Source: a virus
Taxonomy: Duplodnaviria > Caudoviricetes
IMG/VR virus record: IMGVR_UViG_3300027891_000004
Location: 1 to 64,000 of that record
Reading direction: 5' to 3' (one strand)
DNA length: 64,000 bases
Every line of letters begins with the position of its first letter. Position 1 is the stretch's first letter. The notes below the pieces were generated by a model, which saw only the letters and a program-made list of their open reading frames with translations, made no database searches and was not told the origin of the DNA. A program made the position numbers and the translations under genes. This document shows, in pieces, positions 1-7,348 of this stretch.

Positions 1-174
1 GATTCAACAATAAAATGTAAATTTCCATTTTATTTCGCTATACGTTGCGTATGGCGTGGCATTGGGGTTGTTTGTCGCTTGGTTGCGGAGATCGCGTTAG
101 ACGCGATCCTACGGCGTCTGTGGGGGCTTTGTTTGGGGTCGGACAATGAAACAGATGGTGTGGAAAAAAGCCCA

Positions 175-199
175 TGCGCCCGCCATGGCGGCGGGCGCA
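175..199. terminator. GC-rich hairpin downstream of the HTH gene; arms resemble the dispersed palindrome
   Basis: TGCGCCCGCC-ATGGC-GGCGGGCGCA, a 10-bp perfect inverted repeat just past the stop at 211 (minus), with a T run further downstream on the minus strand. Confidence 0.55.
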
Positions 200-210
200 A
201 CAAAGGGGGG

Positions 211-633
211 CTATTCAAATGCCCGGACAAGTACGGCGATCTTTGATTCGGGCCAGTCGGCCGGGATTTCAACGGTGGCCCCGCTTTTGAAACGGACACG
301 GATCGGTTCCCTAGCGTTGGTGGCCGTAGCGGGCTTGGTATGCCTGACCGGTTTGGACGCGGGTTTGGCGGACCTGGCGGGCAGCCTTCCTTCGGCACGC
401 GCTATTTTGACCCATTTGTCGATAGCCATAGGGGTGCATCCGAGTTCACGTGCGAGATGCGCCTTCCGCTCTCCGTTGACGAACATACGATGGAGCGTGC
501 TTTCCTTTTGTTCGTCCGTATAGGTTTTACGCGGCTTGCCCTTGAGCGGGTGCTCCGCCGGGGCCGGGGGAAGCAGGGGCGTGGGTTTCGGGGCTTTGGT
601 CTTTGGTTGCGGTTTGGTTGATTTTTTTGGCAT
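211..633 (-). CDS. Helix-turn-helix protein, IS66 TnpA/HTH_Tnp_1-like, orphan
   Basis: RKTYTDEQK...KAHLARELGCTPMAIDKWVK HTH plus C-terminal IRVRFKSGATVEIP...IAVLVRAF, as in IS66 TnpA; ATG at 633 preferred; no TnpB or TnpC follows. Confidence 0.6.
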   Translation of the reverse strand: MPKKSTKPQPKTKAPKPTPLLPPAPAEHPLKGKPRKTYTDEQKESTLHRMFVNGERKAHLARELGCTPMAIDKWVKIARAEGRLPARSAKPASKPVRHTKPATATNAREPIRVRFKSGATVEIPADWPESKIAVLVRAFE

Positions 634-727
634 GTCTCTTTCTGGGGTTTGCGGTATGTTGATGCGACCATGCGGTCCGGTCGCTACGTATCTACTATAG
701 GTTTTCAGAACGGATCGAGCGACGGCG

Positions 728-758
728 TACATACGAAAAGTATGATTTTTCGTATGTA
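728..758. promoter_or_regulatory. 12-bp inverted repeat, operator-like, upstream of the HTH gene
   Basis: TACATACGAAAA-GTATGAT-TTTTCGTATGTA. Confidence 0.5.
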
Positions 759-950
759 TTCCGGCGATCTATTTTGGTTGTATGGGTTATGACGGTGTAT
801 GCGTATACGTTACGGTATACGTATCGGCGTTTGGTGGCGTCCGGGTCAAGAAAAACCGGTAAAAGAAGTGGGGCCTGTTTCCCCTATGAGAGGACGGTAG
901 AATGAAGAACTGCTACATTTACACTCCTCCCATCCAACTCAAAGGGAAAA

Positions 951-1214
951 ATGAAACAAGAAGATTTGCTCAATAAAGTATTGTTGTTCGTAAAAAGTCA
1001 CCAAAGTAATGGAAAATCTTGTCGCCTGCTTCGTAATCCTGACGAACTACCAGAACAGTTCAAAATCGTAGAAGAAACTGCTTTGGATAACTGCGTTTAT
1101 GAGGCGATAAAAAAACAAGGATTACTTGAAGGAAACATTGCTTCTAATGGTTTCCTTAATCTTCGACTTACCGCAAAAGGTGAGTCGAAACTTGTAGGCG
1201 AATCGGTTTTTTAG
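951..1214 (+). CDS. Hypothetical protein, possible winged helix
   Basis: 87-aa ORF with AAGGG RBS; C-terminal GLLEG...LRLTAKGE resembles a wHTH wing. Confidence 0.6.
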   Translation: MKQEDLLNKVLLFVKSHQSNGKSCRLLRNPDELPEQFKIVEETALDNCVYEAIKKQGLLEGNIASNGFLNLRLTAKGESKLVGESVF

Positions 1215-1516
1215 TCGTCATCCGAAGGGTGCACATAAAGTATTTCAACGGTGGTTTCTTGCGGTCGGTACGCCCGGACGATTGCGCCCTTAAAAAGCCA
1301 TATAACAGGAACAGTGTAGGAACGGAGGGCAGGCCAATCCAGATGCTGGATACAACATACACCAAGAGCATTTGGAAATGCCCCTGCAATTTGTGTGGTA
1401 TGCGCGACGCCGGGATAATCGACCGTTACCGTTTTGCCGCAAGCGACGGCGACGTTTATCGCGTTACAGACTTCTGCCTTTGTTTTCGACGGCAATTTAT
1501 TCTCTTTTTTTGCCAT
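1211..1516 (-). CDS. Hypothetical protein
   Basis: ORF 1211..1606; ATG at 1516 (MAKKENK) preferred because the upstream part runs through a palindrome copy. Confidence 0.55.
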   Translation of the reverse strand: MAKKENKLPSKTKAEVCNAINVAVACGKTVTVDYPGVAHTTQIAGAFPNALGVCCIQHLDWPALRSYTVPVIWLFKGAIVRAYRPQETTVEILYVHPSDDD

Positions 1517-1530
1517 TTCTTCTATACGCA

Positions 1531-1552
1531 GATCCCGCCACGTGGCGGGATC
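1531..1552. repeat. Dispersed palindrome copy 1 (GATCCCGCCACGTGGCGGGATC)
   Basis: Perfect 22-bp palindrome; 16-bp core at 1534-1549. Confidence 0.95.
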
Positions 1553-1604
1553 GCTGTTCTTTTGGTTTATCGTTTTGGATGCCGATTTTCCGTCCGTAAC
1601 TTGC

Positions 1605-1630
1605 AAAACCCCGCCACGTGGCGGGGTTTT
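1605..1630. repeat. Dispersed palindrome copy 2, bidirectional terminator-like
   Basis: AAAACCCCGCCACGTGGCGGGGTTTT. Confidence 0.95.
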
Positions 1631-1920
1631 TGGTTTTGAATGGCAGAACGGGGCATACTAACAGCGCAGACACAAAATTTGTATTTTGTGATCTTGCGGT
1701 TGGCGTTTCAATCGTTCAATCGTTTCAATCCACGCATCCTCGCGGATACGACTATTTATGCAACCATTTTAGCAGGTATGCGAAACAATACAAGTAGGTA
1801 CACAAAAAAAATCAAAATATATGAAATCTATTTTGGATTTCCAACGTAAGCGTTTTTATGATATAATGATCGTTTGGTTTTTCTTTTGTTTGTTTGTTTA
1901 TTCTTTTGTAGGAGATAGAA

Positions 1921-2304
1921 ATGAGTGGTTTTGCGGACATATCGGTGTTTGAAGGTTTGCAACGTAATGCTAACAATGCGATGGGGTTTACGGGCGACGT
2001 TTTTACGAACGTTGACAATTTTAGTTCTGGCGGAGCTTCGGCGTTGACACGCAAATTCAAAGAAAAAGATTTAGAAGCGTCGCAAGAAAAAGATACGGAA
2101 CTTAAAAAGAAATTAGATGCGGAAGCTCTTGCCCTAAAAGAACGACGAGATGGAAGAACAAATCAGGGCATACAAAGAGCAAAGAAAAAAGAGGAAGAAA
2201 AACAAAAAGAGCGAGAGAAGGAAAATTCGTTTGGCAATCTTGTAGAGGACATAATGGTGCCACCTAACAAAAAGCATGATTACTATGGCGAAAAACTATC
2301 CTAA
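1921..2304 (+). CDS. Leader-tagged protein (ADISVFEGLQ family), charged coiled-coil payload
   Basis: MSGFADISVFEGLQRNANNAMG matches the N-termini at 25900, 11322 and 37367; GGAGA RBS; TGATATAAT extended -10 at about 1859-1867. Confidence 0.8.
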   Translation: MSGFADISVFEGLQRNANNAMGFTGDVFTNVDNFSSGGASALTRKFKEKDLEASQEKDTELKKKLDAEALALKERRDGRTNQGIQRAKKKEEEKQKEREKENSFGNLVEDIMVPPNKKHDYYGEKLS

Positions 2305-2583
2305 GATGTAATCATCGTTTTCGTACAAAGCGTCGCCATCCAAATGGGACATATCTCTAAAAAGCGAGTTTATATCCAATAAACGCATTTTAAATACGTA
2401 GTCAGACGGATCGTATTTCTCTGTTTTTTCTTCAAGCAGCCTTGCATAACTATTTTTTAGTTCTGCTATCGTCTGCTTGATTCGTTTACGTAAATCCTTT
2501 TGGATGTATTTACGAATTTCGTATTGTGGCTTCTTTCGGTAAGAAGGCTTTTCAACAAGTGCCGCATGGAAATTTGGTCGCAT
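2296..2583 (-). CDS. Hypothetical protein
   Basis: 95-aa ORF with GGAGA RBS. Confidence 0.65.
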   Translation of the reverse strand: MRPNFHAALVEKPSYRKKPQYEIRKYIQKDLRKRIKQTIAELKNSYARLLEEKTEKYDPSDYVFKMRLLDINSLFRDMSHLDGDALYENDDYILG

Positions 2584-2609
2584 ATTTTATATCTCCGCGT
2601 GAAGACGTT

Positions 2610-2909
2610 TTATCCCGTATAAACGTTTTTAATTCGGGTAGGCAGACTTTCAATAGTATCAAACAGGTTATGGAGATCAGAATCTCTCATTTTAAGAGTC
2701 ATGCCGTTAAACTTTGGGAATTCGAGCATCAAGTTGCTTGTTTTCCCCAAAGAAAAAAGATTTTTCTGTAGTTTGGGGTATTTGCGGAGTGCGAATATCA
2801 TAACTTCGATATGAAGTGGCAACACTTCAATTTTTTGACGGAGTTCATCTGCTCTCTTTTTTGCGTGATCCGCGAGGTTCTTCCCCATTATTTTTTCTAA
2901 ATCGTCCAT
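2610..2909 (-). CDS. Hypothetical protein
   Basis: ORF; ATG at 2909 (MDDLEK) with AGGTG upstream. Confidence 0.6.
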   Translation of the reverse strand: MDDLEKIMGKNLADHAKKRADELRQKIEVLPLHIEVMIFALRKYPKLQKNLFSLGKTSNLMLEFPKFNGMTLKMRDSDLHNLFDTIESLPTRIKNVYTG

Positions 2910-3008
2910 TTTGCACCTGTTCGTATTATTAGACGTGACATCGCAGACCAATTATGCCGAAATAGACGGCGAAATTCAACTGGGTGTTAAATTTCTCCTT
3001 GTACTCTT

Positions 3009-3218
3009 TTATCGGCCGGTAAGCGTAAACAAACTCTCTCGGGCAAACGAAAAATCGGGAGCCCCTTCCAGTTCGACGGAAATATGGCTTGATTTCGGCC
3101 ATGCAGAGTCTGTCAAGGATCGTTGATAAACGGCGATATTGGCCAGAAGCATTTCTTTCTCTTGTGGAGATATTTCCGCTACCCCGAGCTTACCGGCGTT
3201 GCGGGAGACGAGCGGCAA
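3009..3218 (-). CDS. Hypothetical protein
   Basis: 69-aa ORF with AAGGA upstream, co-oriented with neighbours. Confidence 0.4.
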   Translation of the reverse strand: MPLVSRNAGKLGVAEISPQEKEMLLANIAVYQRSLTDSAWPKSSHISVELEGAPDFSFARESLFTLTGR

Positions 3219-3627
3219 ATCCTTTCGGGTTAGGGGGCATGAAAACCGCCTATTTTACTTAATCCCCCCAAATGCGCAATAGAGGTTTTATGCACCCGGC
3301 CTATGGGTACGAAGCCTATGCCATAAGTGCCGGGCCATCGCAGTTCCCAAGAGTTCGTACGAGATGGCAGCCGTTGTCCCGAATCCGACGTAGTAATATG
3401 TCCGTAATAAGAAGGTGTCCAAGAGAAATATCACAATTTTACAGGTATTTTATGCTGCTGGCAATTCCCATATTTTTCAAAAAACGCCTCAATTTTGTAT
3501 TGACAGAACTTGAAAGGCTTCTTTAAATACATTAGAATCCGACGTAGAATACGTTGTGCCAAGCAAACGTCTCGTCCCAAAATTAAAGTCTGACAGGGCA
3601 GCAACAGTTAAAGTGAGGTTTCCAATA

Positions 3628-4092
3628 ATGGGCAAGCAGAGGACGGGAGATTTGATCTACTTGACACAATCCGAGGCGGATCGGCTAATCGCAATGGAAA
3701 AGCATTACCAGGGGAACAATCCCCACGATTTTCCGACAGGCGGAAAAGAGTTGCGTATTCCTCTCGTTTCCGGTGATCGTCGGCACGAATTTGATCTGGA
3801 CATTAACAGCAAGCGGTTCAACGTCAAAAAATATACGTTCGGCAACCGAACGCAGAATACCATTGTGCTTGTCCGCGTCGATCTCCTTGAAGGCGGCAGG
3901 CATGTTAATCCTGACAATAGAGAAATTGAAGGCCCGCATATCCACCGGTACCGTGAAGGATTCGGCGACATGTGGGCCGAACCGTTACCAAGCGAGTTCG
4001 GAGACCCGAATGATATTTTCGAGGTTTTTCAACGTTTTATGGACTACTGCTCCATTACGACAAAACCAGTATTTTCACAGCCGTTTTTTTGA
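3628..4092 (+). CDS. DUF6978-family prophage protein
   Basis: LTQSEADRLIAMEK...LVRVDL.GGRHVNPD..EI.GPHIH.YREGFGD.WA...FMDYC signature; TTGACA at 3500 upstream. Confidence 0.8.
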   Translation: MGKQRTGDLIYLTQSEADRLIAMEKHYQGNNPHDFPTGGKELRIPLVSGDRRHEFDLDINSKRFNVKKYTFGNRTQNTIVLVRVDLLEGGRHVNPDNREIEGPHIHRYREGFGDMWAEPLPSEFGDPNDIFEVFQRFMDYCSITTKPVFSQPFF

Positions 4093-4096
4093 TACC

Positions 4097-4870
4097 ATGA
4101 CTAACATTGATGAAATCAAAACGTTAAATGAGCAGTATTTTAATTGGCTCCGGGACAAAACGGTCTTACGTGAAGTTGGCGACAACTGGACGGAAATCAC
4201 AACGCCGTTTTTGGACAGGCACAACGATTGCTTGCAAATCTACGTCAAACCTGAAAAAAATAATGTCTCTCTGACCGACGATGGTTATATTGTCAGCGAC
4301 CTACGGATGTATGGCTGCGATATTGATTCACCCAAAAGGAAATCCATCTTGCAAGAGATGCTAAACGGTTTTGGGATCAAGCTCGTCGAGGGGCGACTAG
4401 AAGCACACGGCAACCGAAAAGAGTTTCCCCAACTCAAGCACAATCTTGTCCAAGCGATGCTTTCGGTGGACGATATGTTTTATCTGTCGTCCCCTCACGT
4501 TGCCAGCCTGTTTTCCGACGATGCGGCATCTTGGCTGGACGCGTCCGAGATACGGTTTACGCCAAAAATCAAATTTGTAGGAAAATCCGGCTTTTCCTAT
4601 AATTTCTTTGCTGCCATTCCGAAGTCCACCAAGTCACCGGAACGAATTGTGCAGCCAATCAATAATCCCGACAAGAATTCAGTCCAGCGGTTGATTTTTG
4701 AATGGGACGATATAAAAGAAACGCGTTGGCCCGGTTCTGTAATCTATCCTATTCTTAATGACTCGAAATCGCCGATCAATTCGACGATCCTTTTGGCCCT
4801 TGAAAAGTATGGAATCAACGGCATCCTCTGGTCGGAACGTGAAAAATATAAGAATTTGCTCGCATCGTAA
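4097..4870 (+). CDS. DUF1828/DUF1829 domain protein
   Basis: Y..WLRDKT...WTEITTPFLDRHNDCLQIYV...LTDDGY...KHNLVQAMLSVDDMF...F.GKSG...W.D signature; ATG at 4097 directly after the DUF6978 gene. Confidence 0.85.
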   Translation: MTNIDEIKTLNEQYFNWLRDKTVLREVGDNWTEITTPFLDRHNDCLQIYVKPEKNNVSLTDDGYIVSDLRMYGCDIDSPKRKSILQEMLNGFGIKLVEGRLEAHGNRKEFPQLKHNLVQAMLSVDDMFYLSSPHVASLFSDDAASWLDASEIRFTPKIKFVGKSGFSYNFFAAIPKSTKSPERIVQPINNPDKNSVQRLIFEWDDIKETRWPGSVIYPILNDSKSPINSTILLALEKYGINGILWSEREKYKNLLAS

Positions 4871-4892
4871 TGTTTCCCAAAGCATTCAACGT

Positions 4893-5165
4893 TTATTCGT
4901 TATTGAGCGTGTCCTGAATGATTGCAATGATTTGTTCTTTCGTTTTCGTTCCGGCCCATAGTTCGGCGATGGAGCCGTCATCGCGGCATAGTTGGTACGC
5001 CGGGACGGTGTAAAGAAGCGTGGACGCGCCGTCATCAAGGAGCGTGTTTACGTCAACGATTTCAAGGCGGACATCACCGTCGAAATGCGCCACAATCTCA
5101 TGGAGCATCGGGAGATGTTTTTTGCAAACAAAGCACTCGGTAGTGGCGAATTGTTTTAGAATCAT
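4893..5165 (-). CDS. Thioredoxin-like protein
   Basis: F.TTECFVCK (CxxC), VDV, TVP cis-Pro motif, W.G.KTKEQI. Confidence 0.75.
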   Translation of the reverse strand: MILKQFATTECFVCKKHLPMLHEIVAHFDGDVRLEIVDVNTLLDDGASTLLYTVPAYQLCRDDGSIAELWAGTKTKEQIIAIIQDTLNNE

Positions 5166-5218
5166 TTGTTGATCTGAGCTGGATTATCGCGGCGTCCCAA
5201 TTATGGAGCGTGCAGAAG

Positions 5219-5234
5219 CCCGCCACGTGGCGGG
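5219..5234. repeat. Dispersed palindrome copy 3
   Basis: CCCGCCACGTGGCGGG, 5 nt past the stop of 5240..5464. Confidence 0.95.
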
Positions 5235-5239
5235 ATCGT

Positions 5240-5464
5240 CTATTGCAGGGCACCGACGGCTTGTAGCCGGTTATGGGACTGAAATTTTGTATGCCTTTTC
5301 TTTCGTATTTTTTGGCTCACCACGGCGGCGTCGTACCATGAAAAGCTCAGTTCGGGGTCGGCCGCGTACCGTCCGAGCGTGCGTAGCAGCTCGGTGTTGG
5401 TTTCGTCGGTGTAGCGGAACACGTAGCGTTCATTCCCTTTGGTCAGCGTTACGATGCGTTGCAT
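5240..5464 (-). CDS. Small conserved protein of a planctomycete-associated family
   Basis: L.KG.ERYVF.Y.DE...ELLRTLGRYAADPELSFSWYDAAV.SQKIR; AAGGAGG RBS before ATG 5464. Confidence 0.7.
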   Translation of the reverse strand: MQRIVTLTKGNERYVFRYTDETNTELLRTLGRYAADPELSFSWYDAAVVSQKIRKKRHTKFQSHNRLQAVGALQ

Positions 5465-5537
5465 TATTTTCCTCCTTGAAAAAGTATTGAATCGAAAAAG
5501 TCGGGCCGCGTCTAATATGGGTTCGTAGAGCAGGCGT

Positions 5538-5927
5538 TCAATGGTTAGACCTACCATGTTTTTCTCGGTGCGGATTTGCCGCATGGTATACGTGTCGTTT
5601 TTCCGGGTATTCAAAATCCCATGTACATAGGTCAACGTCTAGCCTTTCCCATCGAAAATGATCGCCGGGATGATCGTCGTTGCAACGGCAATTAAGCGGA
5701 TCGCAACACATACACGGAAACAATGTAACATCTCGTATTTCATTGTCACTCGCGTCTAGAAACCATGCGAACGTATCTCGTGATACGTAATAATCACGGT
5801 TAAAAGTACGCAATTGAAAGCCTTCCGGCGTTATACCGTATATTTTTACGGCCGCCCGCCGTTTTTTCTTCCAACCGCGTATTTTTGGCATACGGCTTTT
5901 TCTTTGTCTTTTTACTTTTTTGCCCAT
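5538..5927 (-). CDS. DUF2442-family putative antitoxin (pair 2)
   Basis: ITPEGFQL....RDYYVS..TFAWF.DAS..EI.DV...HFRWERLDVDL....EYPEK; follows a DUF4160 gene. Confidence 0.8.
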   Translation of the reverse strand: MGKKVKRQRKSRMPKIRGWKKKRRAAVKIYGITPEGFQLRTFNRDYYVSRDTFAWFLDASDNEIRDVTLFPCMCCDPLNCRCNDDHPGDHFRWERLDVDLCTWDFEYPEKRHVYHAANPHREKHGRSNH

Positions 5928-5932
5928 CTACT

Positions 5933-6382
5933 TTATCTCAAATCGTAATCTTTAATTGTGGGGTCTTGCGGGTAACTTATCTTCGCCCATTCAAGCCATT
6001 TGTTGACAAATAATACGCGGTTATCCGATACGACTTCTAAAATTTTTCCCAACTCCTTTTTAGGAACAGACGGCGAAAAATTGGCAAGCGTTACCTGATC
6101 CTTATTTGGTCCTGCCGCTGTCCAAATTTTCACCTCGCCTTCAGGCAACGTAATATGCGTATGCGGAGGTTCAAGCACGCCACCATGTTGTATTTCGTTT
6201 GAACCAATTCCGAAATTCTTACCGCGATATTTAGGAGTCCCCTTGAAAATAGGCGACATATTAAACGCCGCCATCTCCGATACGCCACTGGTCCGTTCGA
6301 GCAGCGTTTGGAAATCGACCCCGGCCCCTTCGGTGCTCCCGGCCGTCCCCGCCATCTCATTGAAGCTATTGTACGTTTGCAT
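5933..6382 (-). CDS. DUF4160-family toxin-like protein with 41-aa N-terminal leader (pair 2)
   Basis: MSP...SNE...EPPHTHI....GEVKIW...EL.KI.EVV..N...F..KW; leader MQTYNSFNEM...SEMAAFN. Confidence 0.75.
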   Translation of the reverse strand: MQTYNSFNEMAGTAGSTEGAGVDFQTLLERTSGVSEMAAFNMSPIFKGTPKYRGKNFGIGSNEIQHGGVLEPPHTHITLPEGEVKIWTAAGPNKDQVTLANFSPSVPKKELGKILEVVSDNRVLFVNKWLEWAKISYPQDPTIKDYDLR

Positions 6383-6386
6383 TATA

Positions 6387-6869
6387 TTATTTATTGATTT
6401 CGTTCCAGTATTCAAAATCTAAAAGCCGGTCGCTTAACCACGGCTCCTTTCCGTTTGCGATTTGTGTATCGTTATACTTTTTTAGACGGTCCAGTTCTTT
6501 TGTAGTAAAGCCTAAAAATGTATTAGGGGCGGGGTTTTCTAGCCATTCAATACCAATGTAAATTTCTAATAAAGGCCAAAGTACCGTATCGTACATCACG
6601 CGAACATGTTTTATTTCTTCTGGCGTTGTTCCTAAAAAATGAGGATACTGATCGAATGACACAAAAAAATCTTTTTTACAATCTTCCCAGTTTTTTTTAA
6701 TAAAAAATTCTTTAGAAAAAATAGTTATCCAAAATCCATTTTGTAAAATGGAAAAAACTTCGGCACTCTGTTCAGTTGTCAGGCTGGGCTGAATCGGGTC
6801 GTTGATAAATTCGACCTCGCTTTTGTTTTCGGTTGCTTTCTTGACTGCTTTTGGGCACATGTTTGTCAT
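6387..6869 (-). CDS. DUF2442-family putative antitoxin (pair 1)
   Basis: AEV..I..NGFWI...FFVSFDQYPHF...T.EEI.HV...VLWP.L.I.IG.E.LENP. Confidence 0.75.
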   Translation of the reverse strand: MTNMCPKAVKKATENKSEVEFINDPIQPSLTTEQSAEVFSILQNGFWITIFSKEFFIKKNWEDCKKDFFVSFDQYPHFLGTTPEEIKHVRVMYDTVLWPLLEIYIGIEWLENPAPNTFLGFTTKELDRLKKYNDTQIANGKEPWLSDRLLDFEYWNEINK

Positions 6870-7281
6870 CGTATTGTCCCTTTTGTTGGGCGAAAGAAGG
6901 TATAGTTGATTTGTATTGCTGAATAAATGTTTCTTGATTGGGGACAATGTGTTTTATAGCCTGGGTTAATTCGTCGTTTCGCATATTTCCATTATCTTTA
7001 ACGGAGATGTTTGGGGTGAGCCAAAATTCTGCGTTTTTATTGCCCGGTGCGTTTACATGGACATGCGGTCGAGGTCCCTCTGTTGGCCAAATAAAAAATT
7101 CGTACCCCTCTACTTTTTTTACCGGAAATAAAGGGGGCGACATATTGAACATCGCCATCTCCGAAAGCAAAGGAGCGGAAGTGCCGCCGGTCCGTTCGAG
7201 CAACGTTTGAAAATCGACCCCGGCTCCTTCGGAGCTTCCGGTCGTCCCCAACATCTCATTGAAGCTATTGTACGTTTGCAT
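6772..7281 (-). CDS. DUF4160-family toxin-like protein with 46-aa N-terminal leader (pair 1)
   Basis: MSP...EGYEFFIW..E.PRPHVHV....NAEFWL.P.I.V..N......EL..A.K.I; leader almost identical to that at 6382. Confidence 0.8.
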   Translation of the reverse strand: MQTYNSFNEMLGTTGSSEGAGVDFQTLLERTGGTSAPLLSEMAMFNMSPPLFPVKKVEGYEFFIWPTEGPRPHVHVNAPGNKNAEFWLTPNISVKDNGNMRNDELTQAIKHIVPNQETFIQQYKSTIPSFAQQKGQYDDKHVPKSSQESNRKQKRGRIYQRPDSAQPDN

Positions 7282-7348
7282 TGTACTAAAATCAAAACGG
7301 CAAAAAGAATACAAACAAAACGGCATTGTAGCATTCCGTACCGAATTG

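Noticed and set aside
211-633. Complete IS element
   Set aside because: No DDE transposase, terminal inverted repeats or target duplication seen in the window.
3290-3370. Adjacent hairpins as an ncRNA
   Set aside because: Only two modest stems, with no strand-diagnostic pattern or recognisable motif; insufficient support.
3773-4096. N-terminal extension of the DUF1828 ORF
   Set aside because: Overlaps the DUF6978 gene; family similarity begins at ATG 4097.
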